Assembly (NCBI GenBank): GCA_019751125.1
Contig: JAIENU010000074.1
Span: 10,464-74,463 of the forward strand
Length of the DNA stretch: 64,000 bases
Source: Burkholderiales bacterium
GTDB lineage: Bacteria > Pseudomonadota > Gammaproteobacteria > Burkholderiales > SG8-41
Reading direction: 5' to 3'
The position numbers and the translations under genes are program-made. The notes beneath the pieces were generated by a model, which saw only the letters and a list, made by a program, of their open reading frames with translations, had not been told where the DNA came from and ran no database searches. Shown here in pieces: positions 43,602-53,584 of this stretch; the first letter of the stretch is position 1; every line of letters begins with the position of its first letter.

Positions 43602-44600
43602 TTATTTCATCCCCAACAAACCCACCACGTTCTTCCACAGAATCTTTTCCTTCTCCTCTGCCGACAGCAGGTCATTACGCTGCAGCCATTCCACCGGGGA
43701 GGGGTGCCATTCGACGAAGGGCCAGTCGCTGCCCATGACCACGTGGTCGATGCCGATCTGGTCGATCAGGAAGCGCAGTTCGGCTTCGCTGCCGACAGCC
43801 GAGTCGTAGTAGATCTTTTTCAGGTAGTGGCTCGGAGGCTTGGGCGTGCTGCGGGTGTTGGGGCGATCCTGCCAGGTGCGTTCGAGGCGGCCCATGGTGT
43901 AGCAGGCGGTGCCGCCGCCGTGGGCGATGCAGACCTTGAGGTCGGGGCAGTGCTCAAGCACGCCGCCGCAGACCAGCACCGCAGTGATGATGGCGTCGTC
44001 GAGGATCACGCCGAGGCTGTTGCTGAGGCCGTGGCGCTTGATGCGGTCAACGAGGAAGTTGTTCTGCGGCTGCGGGTGGTAGAACAGCAGCGCGCCCATC
44101 TGTTCCGCGGCCTTGAAAAAGGGCAGGAATTTGGGATCATCCCACTGCTCGCCGTTGACGCTGGTGTCGAGCGATGCACCCTTGAGCCCGAGCTTGGTCA
44201 CCGCACGTTCGAGTTCGCCGATGGCGAGCTTCACATCTTGCATCGGTACCGTGGCCAAGCCTGCCAGCCGGGTCGGGTTGGCTTTTGCGGTATCGGCAAG
44301 TTCGTCGTTGAATTCGCGTGACAGCGCGAGCCCGCGTTCGGCTTCCAGCTGGTAGCCGGCAAAGGGGGTGTGGATCGACAGCACCTGCATGTCGACCTTC
44401 TGCGCGTCCATGTCCTTCAGCCGTTCCTCGACCGTGTATTTCACCTTGTTCGAGGTGAACACGGTGCGCATGCCGCAGCCGACCATGGTGCCGAGGCCCT
44501 GGCCGGGTTCGTGTTTGAAGCCGTGCCACTCCTGTTTGCCGGATACCGCCCGCCACAGGGATTCGGGAACGATGTGTGCGTGGATGTCGATGTTTTTCAT
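43602..44600 (-). CDS. amidohydrolase-2 family protein (ACMSD-like decarboxylase/hydrolase)
   Basis: N-terminal IDIHAHIVP metal motif and length and blocks like the ACMSD/amidohydrolase_2 family. Confidence 0.8.
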   Translation of the reverse strand: MKNIDIHAHIVPESLWRAVSGKQEWHGFKHEPGQGLGTMVGCGMRTVFTSNKVKYTVEERLKDMDAQKVDMQVLSIHTPFAGYQLEAERGLALSREFNDELADTAKANPTRLAGLATVPMQDVKLAIGELERAVTKLGLKGASLDTSVNGEQWDDPKFLPFFKAAEQMGALLFYHPQPQNNFLVDRIKRHGLSNSLGVILDDAIITAVLVCGGVLEHCPDLKVCIAHGGGTACYTMGRLERTWQDRPNTRSTPKPPSHYLKKIYYDSAVGSEAELRFLIDQIGIDHVVMGSDWPFVEWHPSPVEWLQRNDLLSAEEKEKILWKNVVGLLGMK

Positions 44601-44638
44601 GGGAGGTCTTGTTCAAAAAATAATCACGCTTGCTGCAA

Positions 44639-45832
44639 TCAGGCACTGGCGGTGACGCCACCGGCCTTGAGTCTGGCAATGTCCTCGGCACTGTAGCCGT
44701 ATTCCTTGAGGATTTCGTCGGTTTCCGCGCCCTTGTCTGGTGCGGCGTTTCTGACGGTGAACGGTGTCTTCGAGAAGTTGATGCCGTTACGGACTACGCC
44801 GATGTCGCCCAGCTTGTAGTGTTTTGCCGGCGCCGACAGGCCGAGGTGCTTGACCTGTTCGTCGGCGAAGACCTCGCTCATCTTGTAGATCGGGCCGCAG
44901 GGTACGCCGGCCTTGTTCAGTGATTCGATCCATTCCGCCGAAGTTTTGGTTTCAATCTGCGCGGCAATGATCTTGTTCAGGGCGTCGCGGTTCTTGGAGC
45001 GGATCTTGGAGTTGGAATAATCGGGATTCTTCGGGATGTCGGGCAGGCCGATCGCCTTGCACAGGCGCTCGAAGAGCTGGCCGGAGCCGGCGATGTTGAT
45101 GTGGCCGTCCCTGGTCTTGTAGGTGCCGGTGGGGATCGCCGTGGGGTGGTTGTTGCCCGCCTGGCCGGCGACTTCCTGCGCCACGGTCCAGCGCGCGGCC
45201 TGGAAGTCGGTCATCGCGATCAGTGCCTGCAGCAGCGAGGTGTGCACCCATTGCCCTTCACCGGTGTGCTCGCGATCGAGCAGCGCGGTGACGATGCCGA
45301 AGGCGAGGAACATGCCGGCACTGGAGTCGCCGATGGCGATGCCGGCGCGCACCGGGCCCTGGCCGGGCAGTCCGGTGATCGACATCAGGCCGCTCATGCC
45401 CTGTGCCACCTGGTCGAGGCCGGGGCGGTCGGCGTAGGGGCCGTCCTGGCCGAAGCCGCTGATGCTGGCGTAGACGATGCGCGGATTGATCGCGCGTATC
45501 GACTCGTAATCGATACCGAGGCGGTGTTTCACTTTCGGCCGGTAGTTTTCGACGATGACATCGGCGGTGGCGGCCATTTTCTTGAACACGGCCACACCTT
45601 CGGGCGATTTCAGGTTCAGTGTCAGGCTGCGCTTGTTGCGGTGCAGGTTCTGGAAGTCAGGGCCGTGGCGTTTGTCGAAGGGGCTGCCATCACCATCCTG
45701 TTCGCCGAGTTCTTCAACCTTGATCACCCTGGCGCCCCAGTCGGCGAGCTGGCGCACGGCTGTCGGGCCGGAGCGGGCACGGGTGAGGTCGAGGACGGTG
45801 AATCTTGAGAGAGGGCCGGTGTTGTTGGGCAC
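44639..45832 (-). CDS. family III CoA-transferase (CaiB/BaiF type)
   Basis: FTVLDLTRARSGP, VIVENYRP and ISGFGQDGPYADRPGLDQVAQGMSG. Start set to GTG 45832 (GGAG 8 nt upstream), because no ATG gives a family-typical N-terminus. Confidence 0.8.
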   Translation of the reverse strand: MPNNTGPLSRFTVLDLTRARSGPTAVRQLADWGARVIKVEELGEQDGDGSPFDKRHGPDFQNLHRNKRSLTLNLKSPEGVAVFKKMAATADVIVENYRPKVKHRLGIDYESIRAINPRIVYASISGFGQDGPYADRPGLDQVAQGMSGLMSITGLPGQGPVRAGIAIGDSSAGMFLAFGIVTALLDREHTGEGQWVHTSLLQALIAMTDFQAARWTVAQEVAGQAGNNHPTAIPTGTYKTRDGHINIAGSGQLFERLCKAIGLPDIPKNPDYSNSKIRSKNRDALNKIIAAQIETKTSAEWIESLNKAGVPCGPIYKMSEVFADEQVKHLGLSAPAKHYKLGDIGVVRNGINFSKTPFTVRNAAPDKGAETDEILKEYGYSAEDIARLKAGGVTASA

Positions 45833-45875
45833 GGTGAAAGCTCCGGTTAAGTCAGTGATGAGTGATGAATAAAAG

Positions 45876-46859
45876 TCAGAGCGGCGTGATGCCGGCGGCC
45901 TTGACCACCTTGCTCCATTTTTCGATCTGCTTGCGCGCGAAGTCCCACAGTTCCTCGGGCGTGCTGCCGATGGGAATGGCACCGTTCTGGATCATGCGCT
46001 CGCGCATCGCCGGCTGGTTGATCACGGCGCCGGCTTCGCTGTTCAGGCGCTTGAGTATTGCGGGCGGTGTTTTCGCGGGGGCGACCAGGCCTTGCCAGGC
46101 CGTGGTTTCGAAACCGGGCAGCCCCGATTCGGACAGCGTCGGCAGTTCAGGCAGCAGCGGGAAACGCCGGTCGCTGGTGACCGCGATAGCGTTGAGCTTG
46201 CCGGCGCGGATATGCGCGATCGCGCTGGGCAGGCTGGCGAAGGACATCGAGATGCGGCCGCCGATCAGGTCGATCATCGCCGTGGCTGCACCCTTGTAAG
46301 GCACATGGACCATGTCGGTGCCGGTCATCAGTTCGAACAGCTCGCCGGCAAGGTGCGGAGAGCCGAGGTTGCCCGAGGAACCGTAGGTGAGTTTGCCCGG
46401 GCTGGCTTTGGCGGCCTTGATCAGGTCGGCCACCGACTTGATCGGCAGCGAGGGGCCGACCACCAGCACATTGGGTGCGCTGGCGACATGGGTGATCGGC
46501 GCCAGGTCGCGCAACTGGTCGTAGGGCAGCTTGCGGGTGACGGCCGGGTTGACGCCGAAGGAGCTGGGCACCAGCAGGATGGTGTAGCCGTCGGCGGTGG
46601 CGCGGACCGTCATCTCGGTGGCGATGATGCCGCTGGCGCCGGGCCGGTTGTCGGCCACCACATTCTGGCCGAGGCGCTCGGCCATGCCTTCGGCCAGCGC
46701 GCGGGCGATGATGTCAGCGTTGCCGCCCGGAGCCTGGGCAATCAGCAGGCGGATCGGACGGTCGGGATAGCCGCCTTTGGCCTGTGGCTGCGCGGCCTGT
46801 GCTGCGGTGGCGACCAGCAGCGCGGCAAGGCTGCAAACCGCGTATTGCGCGACGGACAT
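45876..46859 (-). CDS. Bug/TctC-family periplasmic solute receptor
   Basis: Signal peptide, then YPDRPIRLLIAQAPGGNAD and the YGSSGNLGSPH and VPYKGA blocks. Start trimmed to 46859. Confidence 0.9.
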   Translation of the reverse strand: MSVAQYAVCSLAALLVATAAQAAQPQAKGGYPDRPIRLLIAQAPGGNADIIARALAEGMAERLGQNVVADNRPGASGIIATEMTVRATADGYTILLVPSSFGVNPAVTRKLPYDQLRDLAPITHVASAPNVLVVGPSLPIKSVADLIKAAKASPGKLTYGSSGNLGSPHLAGELFELMTGTDMVHVPYKGAATAMIDLIGGRISMSFASLPSAIAHIRAGKLNAIAVTSDRRFPLLPELPTLSESGLPGFETTAWQGLVAPAKTPPAILKRLNSEAGAVINQPAMRERMIQNGAIPIGSTPEELWDFARKQIEKWSKVVKAAGITPL

Positions 46860-47055
46860 GATCAAGCTCCTCTCCAGTTTCCGTTCAACGGGTGGCCGCA
46901 TGCTTGTTTTTTGCGCCCGGCCGCGGCCGGCCTTGGCGCCTGGTTCGCAGTATTGCACCGGTGCGTGATGCCGGCACGGCAATGCCCACATATTGGCGTG
47001 CCGCGAGGGGCGGTCGCGGTATCATGCCGGCACCCATAAAAAGGAGGAGAAGCCC

Positions 47056-47838
47056 ATGAATACCCGGTTCTTCATGTTGCTGCCGGCGCTGCTGCTGACC
47101 GCGGCCTCGGCCCTTGCCGCAACACCGGCGGTGAAGCAGCCCCAGGTCGATACCCCGAAGCGCGTGCTGTTCGTCGGCAACAGCTATCTCTATTACAACA
47201 ACAGCATGCACAACCACGTGCGCATGCTGGCGGTGGCGGCGGATCCCGCTGCGGCCAAGGCCTTCGAGTACAAGTCCGCGACCATCGGCGGCGCGACGCT
47301 GGACCACCACAACATGGACCACCTGACCGCGCCCGGCCGTATCGGCGTGAAAGAGCCCTTCGAACTGGTGATCATGCACGGCAACAGCACGGATGGCCTG
47401 GCTGATGCGCGCCGTTCGGCCTTCCGCGCCACGGCCGTGGAGTACAGCAAGCTCATCCAGAGCCGTGGAGCCAAAGTTGCCTTGTACATGACCCCGGCGC
47501 ACACCAAGCCGAGCCGGGCGGCTGCGCCTGACATGATGGCGAAAACCGCGGACCTGTATGTGTCGGTCGGCAACGAGATCAATGCGCTGGTGATTCCGTC
47601 GGGGCTGGCCTTCGAGGAGGCTTACCGCCGCCGGCCCGACATCAAGCTGCACATCCACGATGGCAGCCATCCGACGCTGATCGGCACTTATCTCGCGGCC
47701 TGCACCATTTACGCTACGGTCTATAACAAGCCCTGCAGCGGCAACAGCTATGACGCCTACGGCGAGGTGTCAAAGGCCGATGCCGCCTTCCTGCAGCAGG
47801 TGGCGGATGACACCGTGAAGAAGTTTTTTGGCCGCTGA
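47056..47838 (+). CDS. secreted SGNH/GDSL-like hydrolase-fold protein
   Basis: Signal peptide MNTRFFMLLPALLLTAASALA, block I-like VLFVGNSY and block V-like DGSHP. AAGGAGGAG RBS. Confidence 0.65.
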   Translation: MNTRFFMLLPALLLTAASALAATPAVKQPQVDTPKRVLFVGNSYLYYNNSMHNHVRMLAVAADPAAAKAFEYKSATIGGATLDHHNMDHLTAPGRIGVKEPFELVIMHGNSTDGLADARRSAFRATAVEYSKLIQSRGAKVALYMTPAHTKPSRAAAPDMMAKTADLYVSVGNEINALVIPSGLAFEEAYRRRPDIKLHIHDGSHPTLIGTYLAACTIYATVYNKPCSGNSYDAYGEVSKADAAFLQQVADDTVKKFFGR

Positions 47839-48245
47839 TGGGCGGATTGCCACCGATCCTGCGCCCGCATCCCGGCGTCGAGGTGTTCATTGACGAGGGT
47901 TGCCACATCCTCGAACTCGCCAATGACGAGAACGACCCGGCGATGTCGATTGCAAGGGCGCGGGTGGAGCCGGGCGTCACCACTGCCTGGCACCGCGTGC
48001 GCGCCACCGTCGAGCGTTATGTGATTCTTGATGGCAGCGGTCGCATGGAGGTGGGCGACCTGCCGCCGCAGGAGGTGCAGGCCGGCGACGTGGTGCTGAT
48101 TCCGCCATCGGTGAGGCAGCGCATCGCCAACACCGGTGACGTTGATCTGGTGTTTCTGGCGATCTGCACGCCGCGCTTCAAACCTGAAAATTACGAGGAT
48201 GTTGATGGCAAAGATGCGGGCGAAGATGCAGGCGATACCCGCTAG
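47838..48245 (+). CDS. cupin-domain protein
   Basis: Cupin motifs (TTAWHRVRATVERYVILDGSGRMEVG and GDVVLIPPSVRQRIANTG). The start overlaps the upstream stop (TGATG). Confidence 0.75.
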   Translation: MGGLPPILRPHPGVEVFIDEGCHILELANDENDPAMSIARARVEPGVTTAWHRVRATVERYVILDGSGRMEVGDLPPQEVQAGDVVLIPPSVRQRIANTGDVDLVFLAICTPRFKPENYEDVDGKDAGEDAGDTR

Positions 48246-48702
48246 TCTCGGACTCATGCTGCTGGCCGTGGTTGGTGGCGCACAAGCGCAGCAGGTCGGC
48301 ATGGGCATGGAGGATGTGCCGCTGCGCCCGAGTGAGCTGAAGCTGTTGCAGCGGATCACTGCTGTCGATCCTGCATTCCGCCACGGCGATCGCGTCAAGC
48401 GTTACTACCGCACCCATCCAACGACCAAGAACCGGATTCCCCTGCGGGTCGAGGTCATCGCGCCGAAAAGCGGCGGGCTTTTTTTCGGCGAGTTCATCAG
48501 CTACAACATGGTCATCGACGAACCGGCCGGGCTGGTGACTTATGACTACGACGCCGGCACCGCCAACCGCGGCCGCGGCACGGTGCTGGTGACGCCCAAA
48601 GAAATCATCAAGACCGAATACAGCTGCGGCATTTCGAGCTGCAGCACCAGGGTTGAACGCAATGGCCGGCCGATGCGCGAGGGCGCTCAGGCGCAGAACT
48701 AA
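48205..48702 (+). CDS. hypothetical secreted protein
   Basis: Signal-peptide-like N-terminus MAKMRAKMQAIPASLGLMLLAVVGGAQA. No family recognised. Start chosen among several in-frame ATGs. Confidence 0.5.
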   Translation: MAKMRAKMQAIPASLGLMLLAVVGGAQAQQVGMGMEDVPLRPSELKLLQRITAVDPAFRHGDRVKRYYRTHPTTKNRIPLRVEVIAPKSGGLFFGEFISYNMVIDEPAGLVTYDYDAGTANRGRGTVLVTPKEIIKTEYSCGISSCSTRVERNGRPMREGAQAQN

Positions 48703-48754
48703 TTATTTAATAAAATCAAATAGTTGGTAAATTATGCCGAGCGGCCGCTGAGGC

Positions 48755-49732
48755 TCAGTTGGCTTCGATCCTGGCCTTGCGGATCACCGGCACCCAGCGC
48801 TCGGTTTCGGCGCGGATGAACTTGACATAATCGGCGCCGGTGCCGGGAGCGGCGTCGATGCCGCGTTCCTTCAGCTGCTTCACCACATCGGGTGCGTTCA
48901 GCGCGGCGTTGAATTCCCTGTTCAGGCGCGCAATGATCGCCGGCGGTGTTTTTGGCGCTGCTGACAGGCCGTACCAGTTGATAGCGAGATAACCCTTCAC
49001 GCCGGCCTCGGCGATGGTTGGCACATCCGGCACGGCCTCGGCACGTTTGCCGCCGGTGACACCCAGCGCTCGCGCCTTGCCCGACTGCACATGCGGCACC
49101 GCGGTGGAAATCACCGCCATGAACGACGGAATATGTCCGGCGATGAGGTCGGTGACCGCCGGACCGCCGCCCTTGTACGGCACATGATTCATCTGCGCGC
49201 CGGTCATGCTCTCGAGCAGCGCCATCGCGAGGTGACCGGGGCTGCCGATGCCGGAGGTGGCGTAGTTGATCTTGCCCGGCTGGCTTTTTGCGCTGGCAAT
49301 GAACTCGGCCAGGTTTTTCGCCGGCACCGAAGGATGCACGATCAGCATGTTCTGCAGCGACACCAGCATGCCGAGGTGGGTGAAATCCTTGATCGGGTCG
49401 TAGCCGGTTTTCTGGATCGCCGGGCTCACCACCATCGAACCGATATGCGACATGCCGACGCTGTGGCCGTCGGGCTCCGAGCGCGACAGGATCTGCATCG
49501 AGATCACGCCGTTGGCGCCGGGCCGGTTATCGACGATGACCTGGTTGCCGAGGCTGGCCGCGAGCTTGGGCTGCAGGAAACGCGCGACAAGGTCGGTGGC
49601 GCCACCGGGCGGAAAGCCAACGATGAAGCGCACCGGCTTGGTCGGGCCCCAATCTGCGGCGGATGCCGGGATGGAGAACAGGGCCGGGGCGAGGGTGGCG
49701 AGTGCAACGCCGCATCTGAGCAGGGTGTTCAT
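48755..49732 (-). CDS. Bug/TctC-family periplasmic solute receptor
   Basis: Signal peptide, then PTKPVRFIVGFPPGGATD and the YATSGIGSPGH and VPYKGGG blocks. Start trimmed to 49732. Confidence 0.9.
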   Translation of the reverse strand: MNTLLRCGVALATLAPALFSIPASAADWGPTKPVRFIVGFPPGGATDLVARFLQPKLAASLGNQVIVDNRPGANGVISMQILSRSEPDGHSVGMSHIGSMVVSPAIQKTGYDPIKDFTHLGMLVSLQNMLIVHPSVPAKNLAEFIASAKSQPGKINYATSGIGSPGHLAMALLESMTGAQMNHVPYKGGGPAVTDLIAGHIPSFMAVISTAVPHVQSGKARALGVTGGKRAEAVPDVPTIAEAGVKGYLAINWYGLSAAPKTPPAIIARLNREFNAALNAPDVVKQLKERGIDAAPGTGADYVKFIRAETERWVPVIRKARIEAN

Positions 49733-49803
49733 CCCAATTCCTTTGCAAGGGTTGACCGGAGGGCGGCCGGAGCCGGCATGACGGAGTGATTGTGCCAAAA
49801 ACA

Positions 49804-49840
49804 AAGACCGCAAGGCGGCTGCCTTGCGGTCTTCTTTTTC
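49804..49840. terminator. rho-independent terminator-like hairpin
   Basis: AAGACCGCAAGG / CCTTGCGGTCTT stem flanked by A-rich and T-rich tracts, between two same-strand Bug genes. Confidence 0.7.
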
Positions 49841-49882
49841 AGCACTGGATTTAGATTGTCTAAATCAACGCGGCTGCTGTGA

Positions 49883-50857
49883 TCAATTGCTGTGATACAA
49901 GCCTGCCGCCTTGATCACCTTCTCCCACTTGTCCTTTTCCGACTTGATGTAGGCGCCGAACTGCTCGGGTGTGGTCGGTGCGGCATCGAGGCCGGAAGCG
50001 AACAGGATCTTGGTCACATCGGGCATTTTCAGCACGGTGACAATTTCCTTGTTCAGGCGGTTGATGATCGGACGCGGGGTCTTGGCCGGCACCAGCACGC
50101 CGTACCAGTTGTTGGCGTCAAAACCCTTCACGCCGGCTTCGGCGATGGTCGGCAGGGCCGGAACCAGCGCAGAACGCTTGGCGGTGGTCACACCCAATGC
50201 GCGCAGCTTGCCGGTGTTGATGTGCGGCACGGCACTGGCGGCGGTGGCGAAGATCAGGTGGATGTTGCCGGCGACGAGATCGACGATCGAGGGGCCGCCA
50301 CCCTTGTACGGCACGTGGACGATCTTGGTGCCGGTCTGCAGGTTGAACAGCTCCAGCGCGAGGTGGCCGGCGCCGCCGACACCCGATGAACCGCCGTTGA
50401 GCGGCTTGGCCTTGGCCAGCGCGACCAGTTCGGTGACGTTTTTGGCGGCGACCGAGGGGTGAACCACCAGGATATTGGTCGAATCCACGGCCTGCGACAC
50501 CGGCAGCACATCCTTCAGCGGATCAAAGCCCAGTTTTTTGTAGAGCGCGGGGTTGATCGCCAGCGAGGCGATGGTACCCATCAGCACCGTGTAGCCGTCG
50601 GGCGCGGCGTTGGCGGTGATTTCCGTGGCGATATTGCCTGAGGCGCCCGGACGATTGTCGATGATGATCTGCTGGCCGAGCAGCTCACCCAGCTTGTTGC
50701 CCATCGCGCGTGCGGTGGTGTCGGTGCCGCCGCCGGGGGCAAAGCCCACCAGCATGCGGATCGGTTTGTTGGGCTGCCATTCCTGCGCAGTGGCCGGTGC
50801 GGCAAAGGCCGCGCAAAGTGCGCCGGCGACGGCGCAGGGGATCAGTTTGCGAATCAT
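49883..50857 (-). CDS. Bug/TctC-family periplasmic solute receptor
   Basis: Signal peptide MIRKLIPCAVAGALCAAFAAPATA, then PNKPIRMLVGFAPGGGTD and VPYKGGG. GGAGGAAAG RBS. Start trimmed to 50857. Confidence 0.9.
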   Translation of the reverse strand: MIRKLIPCAVAGALCAAFAAPATAQEWQPNKPIRMLVGFAPGGGTDTTARAMGNKLGELLGQQIIIDNRPGASGNIATEITANAAPDGYTVLMGTIASLAINPALYKKLGFDPLKDVLPVSQAVDSTNILVVHPSVAAKNVTELVALAKAKPLNGGSSGVGGAGHLALELFNLQTGTKIVHVPYKGGGPSIVDLVAGNIHLIFATAASAVPHINTGKLRALGVTTAKRSALVPALPTIAEAGVKGFDANNWYGVLVPAKTPRPIINRLNKEIVTVLKMPDVTKILFASGLDAAPTTPEQFGAYIKSEKDKWEKVIKAAGLYHSN

Positions 50858-50942
50858 GGGCTTTCCTCCGTTTTTACGTTGTTGTAATGACTTGCCGCCA
50901 TTGCTGAGACTGCGGTCACGCGCTGCAGTTCCTGGCCCGGGT

Positions 50943-51983
50943 TCAGGCTGCGGCGCTGGCTGACTTGGCCGCCTTGCGGCCGGCAGCCATGCGCGCGGCC
51001 AGCGTGAAAGCATGTTCCATCGCACCGGGATCAGCCTTGCCCTGGCCGACGATGTCGTAGGCGGTGCCGTGGGCCGGGGTGGTGAACACCGATTTCAGTC
51101 CGGCGGTGACGGTGACGCCCTTGTTGAAGCCGAGCAGTTTGGTCGCGATCTGGCCCTGGTCGTGGTACATCATCACCACGCCGTCGTAATTGCCTTTGAG
51201 CGCCTGCAGGAAGATCACGTCCGACGAGATCGGGCCGCTGCAGTTGATGCCGCCGGCTTTCAGCTTGTCCACGGTCGGGCGGATGATGCGGATTTCCTCG
51301 TCGCCGAACAGGCCGTTTTCACCGTTGTGCGGATTCAGCGCGGCGACCCCGATGCGCGGCTTGGTTTTGCCGGCGGCGGTGAGCGTGTCGTTGGCGAGGT
51401 TGACCGCGGCGGTGATGCGCTCCGGCGTGATCATCGTCACCGCTTCGCGCAGCGCGACGTGCGAGGTCACGCGGAAGGTGCTGAACTGGTCGATCACGTT
51501 CATTTCGCCGAAGAAGCCGCTGTGGTTGAGCAGGCTGGCGAACATCTGGTGCTCGTCATTGAATTTCCAGCCGCCGCGGTTCATCGCGCCCTTGTTCAGC
51601 GGCGCGAAGCAGATGCCGTCGAGCTTGCCGGCGGTGGCGAGGTCGATCATCACCTTCAGCGTGTCGCCGGCGATCTTGCCGGCTTCGTCGGACGACACAC
51701 CCTGCGGGTATTTAGCCGGATCGGTGTTGCCGAGGTCGAGCAGGGGATAGTCCTCGCGCGGCCAGCGGATGTCCTCGATGCTGCGGTACACGGTATGCGG
51801 CACCTTGACGCCGGCATTGCGCATGCCGAGTTCAAGCACGCGCTGGTCGCCGATGATGATGACTTCGGCCTGTTCGCGGGGTTTGCCCGAGGCCAGCAGT
51901 TTTGATGCGATTTCAGGGCCGATGCCGGTGACATCGCCGAGCATGAATCCGATGCGGGGGAGAGTGTTCGATGCGTTGTTCAT
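50943..51983 (-). CDS. PdxA-family NAD(P)-dependent 4-hydroxy(phospho)acid dehydrogenase/decarboxylase homolog
   Basis: LGDVTGIGPEI, ALNPHNGENG and MMYHDQGQ motifs of the PdxA family. Confidence 0.8.
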   Translation of the reverse strand: MNNASNTLPRIGFMLGDVTGIGPEIASKLLASGKPREQAEVIIIGDQRVLELGMRNAGVKVPHTVYRSIEDIRWPREDYPLLDLGNTDPAKYPQGVSSDEAGKIAGDTLKVMIDLATAGKLDGICFAPLNKGAMNRGGWKFNDEHQMFASLLNHSGFFGEMNVIDQFSTFRVTSHVALREAVTMITPERITAAVNLANDTLTAAGKTKPRIGVAALNPHNGENGLFGDEEIRIIRPTVDKLKAGGINCSGPISSDVIFLQALKGNYDGVVMMYHDQGQIATKLLGFNKGVTVTAGLKSVFTTPAHGTAYDIVGQGKADPGAMEHAFTLAARMAAGRKAAKSASAAA

Positions 51984-52013
51984 TGGGACCTCCAGGGAGC
52001 CTGCGATTTTAAT

Positions 52014-53447
52014 CTATTTCGAGCGGCCGGACCGCTTTGCCGCCGGGGTAATGACCAGCAACCGGGTCAGGTCGCGGCTGCGTTTGAGCTGCTCGAGGCT
52101 GAACACCATGTCGATGACCTTCTCGATGTTCTTCGCCGGCAGTCCACCCCAGTCCGCGCATTCGCGGAATTTGTCGGCGACCTCCTTGTCGCTCATCGGA
52201 TTGGCCGGGCTGCCCTTGCCGAAATCGGCGCGGCCGCTGACTCGGCGGCCATCGCTGAGTTCGATGTCGATGATGGTGGTCATCTTCTCGTAACCGGCGG
52301 CTTCGGCCTCGGGGTGAACACCGAAATCGATCTTTTTCATCATCCGCTGCACATCGGCGCGGTTGACCACGGCATCGGTGAACTGGGCCAGTCCCGCTTT
52401 GCGCTCCAGCAGCAGTATCGCCATGCAGAACTCCATGCTGAATTTGGCCTGCAGCTCGGTTTTCGGATTGCGATGGATCAGCGTGTTCGGCATGTGGCGG
52501 TTGGTGCCGACGCGGACCTTGCGCACCTGTGCCGGGCGGATGTCATGGGCCTGGATCAGCGCCAGCATCTCTGCCATGCCGGGATGGGTCAGCGAACCGC
52601 TGGGATGCGGCTTGATCGACACGCCGGGCATGGCAAATGTCCAGGGTTTGCCCAGTTTGCCGTGGATGGCGCTGGCGTCGTAGCCACCGCCGGCGGCGTT
52701 GAAAAAGCCGCGCTTGGCCTCAATCGCATTCGGTGCCGCGCTCCAGCCGAGGCGGATCAGTTCCGCGGCCAGCACGCCGGATTCGGCGGATCGGCCGGGG
52801 TGGAAGGGCTTGGTCATGGTGCCGAAGTTTTCACGCAGTCCGGCGGCCTGGGTGGCGCCGAGGCTCAGCGCCTGCGCGGTCTGCGCGTCGTCGAGCCCGA
52901 GCAGGCGCGCGGCACCGGCCGCCGCACCGATCGCGCCGAAGGTTGCGGTGGAATGAAAACCATCGGAGTAATGCCGCGGGTTGATCGCCTCGGCGAGCTT
53001 GGTCTCGACTTCAACGGCGATCTGGTAGGCCGCCAGCAGGTCAAGGCCGGAGCGGTTGTCCTGTTCGGCCAGCGCCAGCACCGCGGGCAGCGCCGGCGCA
53101 GTGGGATGCGTCAGCAAGCCGTACACGCGGTCGCTGGCCACGGCGAGCTGGGTGTCATCGTAATCGTCGGCATGGATTGCCACGCCGTTGGCGAAGGCAG
53201 CAAAACGCGGCGGCACCTTCATTCCGGTGCCGATCACCGTGGCACCGCGGTCCAGCGGCAGGCCCAGGGTTTTCAGGTAATCACGCACGACATGGCCGGA
53301 CTCTGCCTTGTTGCCCGCGAGTGCGAGGCCGAGGCCGTCGAGCAGGGAACGTTTGCCGTGATGCATCACGTTTTTCGGGATGCGGGCGGCGGCGGTGCGG
53401 GTGACAAAGCGGGCGATTTCTGCGGTGAGGGCGAGGTCTTTGGTCAT
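52014..53447 (-). CDS. MmgE/PrpD-family protein, second copy
   Basis: LLDGLGLALAG, DGFHSTATFGAIGA and KPFHPGRSAESG blocks. Confidence 0.85.
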   Translation of the reverse strand: MTKDLALTAEIARFVTRTAAARIPKNVMHHGKRSLLDGLGLALAGNKAESGHVVRDYLKTLGLPLDRGATVIGTGMKVPPRFAAFANGVAIHADDYDDTQLAVASDRVYGLLTHPTAPALPAVLALAEQDNRSGLDLLAAYQIAVEVETKLAEAINPRHYSDGFHSTATFGAIGAAAGAARLLGLDDAQTAQALSLGATQAAGLRENFGTMTKPFHPGRSAESGVLAAELIRLGWSAAPNAIEAKRGFFNAAGGGYDASAIHGKLGKPWTFAMPGVSIKPHPSGSLTHPGMAEMLALIQAHDIRPAQVRKVRVGTNRHMPNTLIHRNPKTELQAKFSMEFCMAILLLERKAGLAQFTDAVVNRADVQRMMKKIDFGVHPEAEAAGYEKMTTIIDIELSDGRRVSGRADFGKGSPANPMSDKEVADKFRECADWGGLPAKNIEKVIDMVFSLEQLKRSRDLTRLLVITPAAKRSGRSK

Positions 53448-53584
53448 GGTGTAGGGGGAAATTGGCGGGTTTCACAGACGGCGAGGCCGCGCATTATCGC
53501 ATCGTGGATGCTTCCTTGCCGCTGTGCCTGCCGCGGAGTAATCTCGCCGCCCGCCTGTTCATTCCCTGGTGTTCGACACATTCC

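Noticed and set aside
46941-46957. Sigma54-like sequence TGGTTCGCAGTATTGCA upstream of the SGNH-like gene.
   Set aside because: The GG-to-GC spacing is one nucleotide longer than the canonical TGGCAC-N5-TTGCA geometry, and no enhancer-binding-protein gene is nearby. I treat it as chance.
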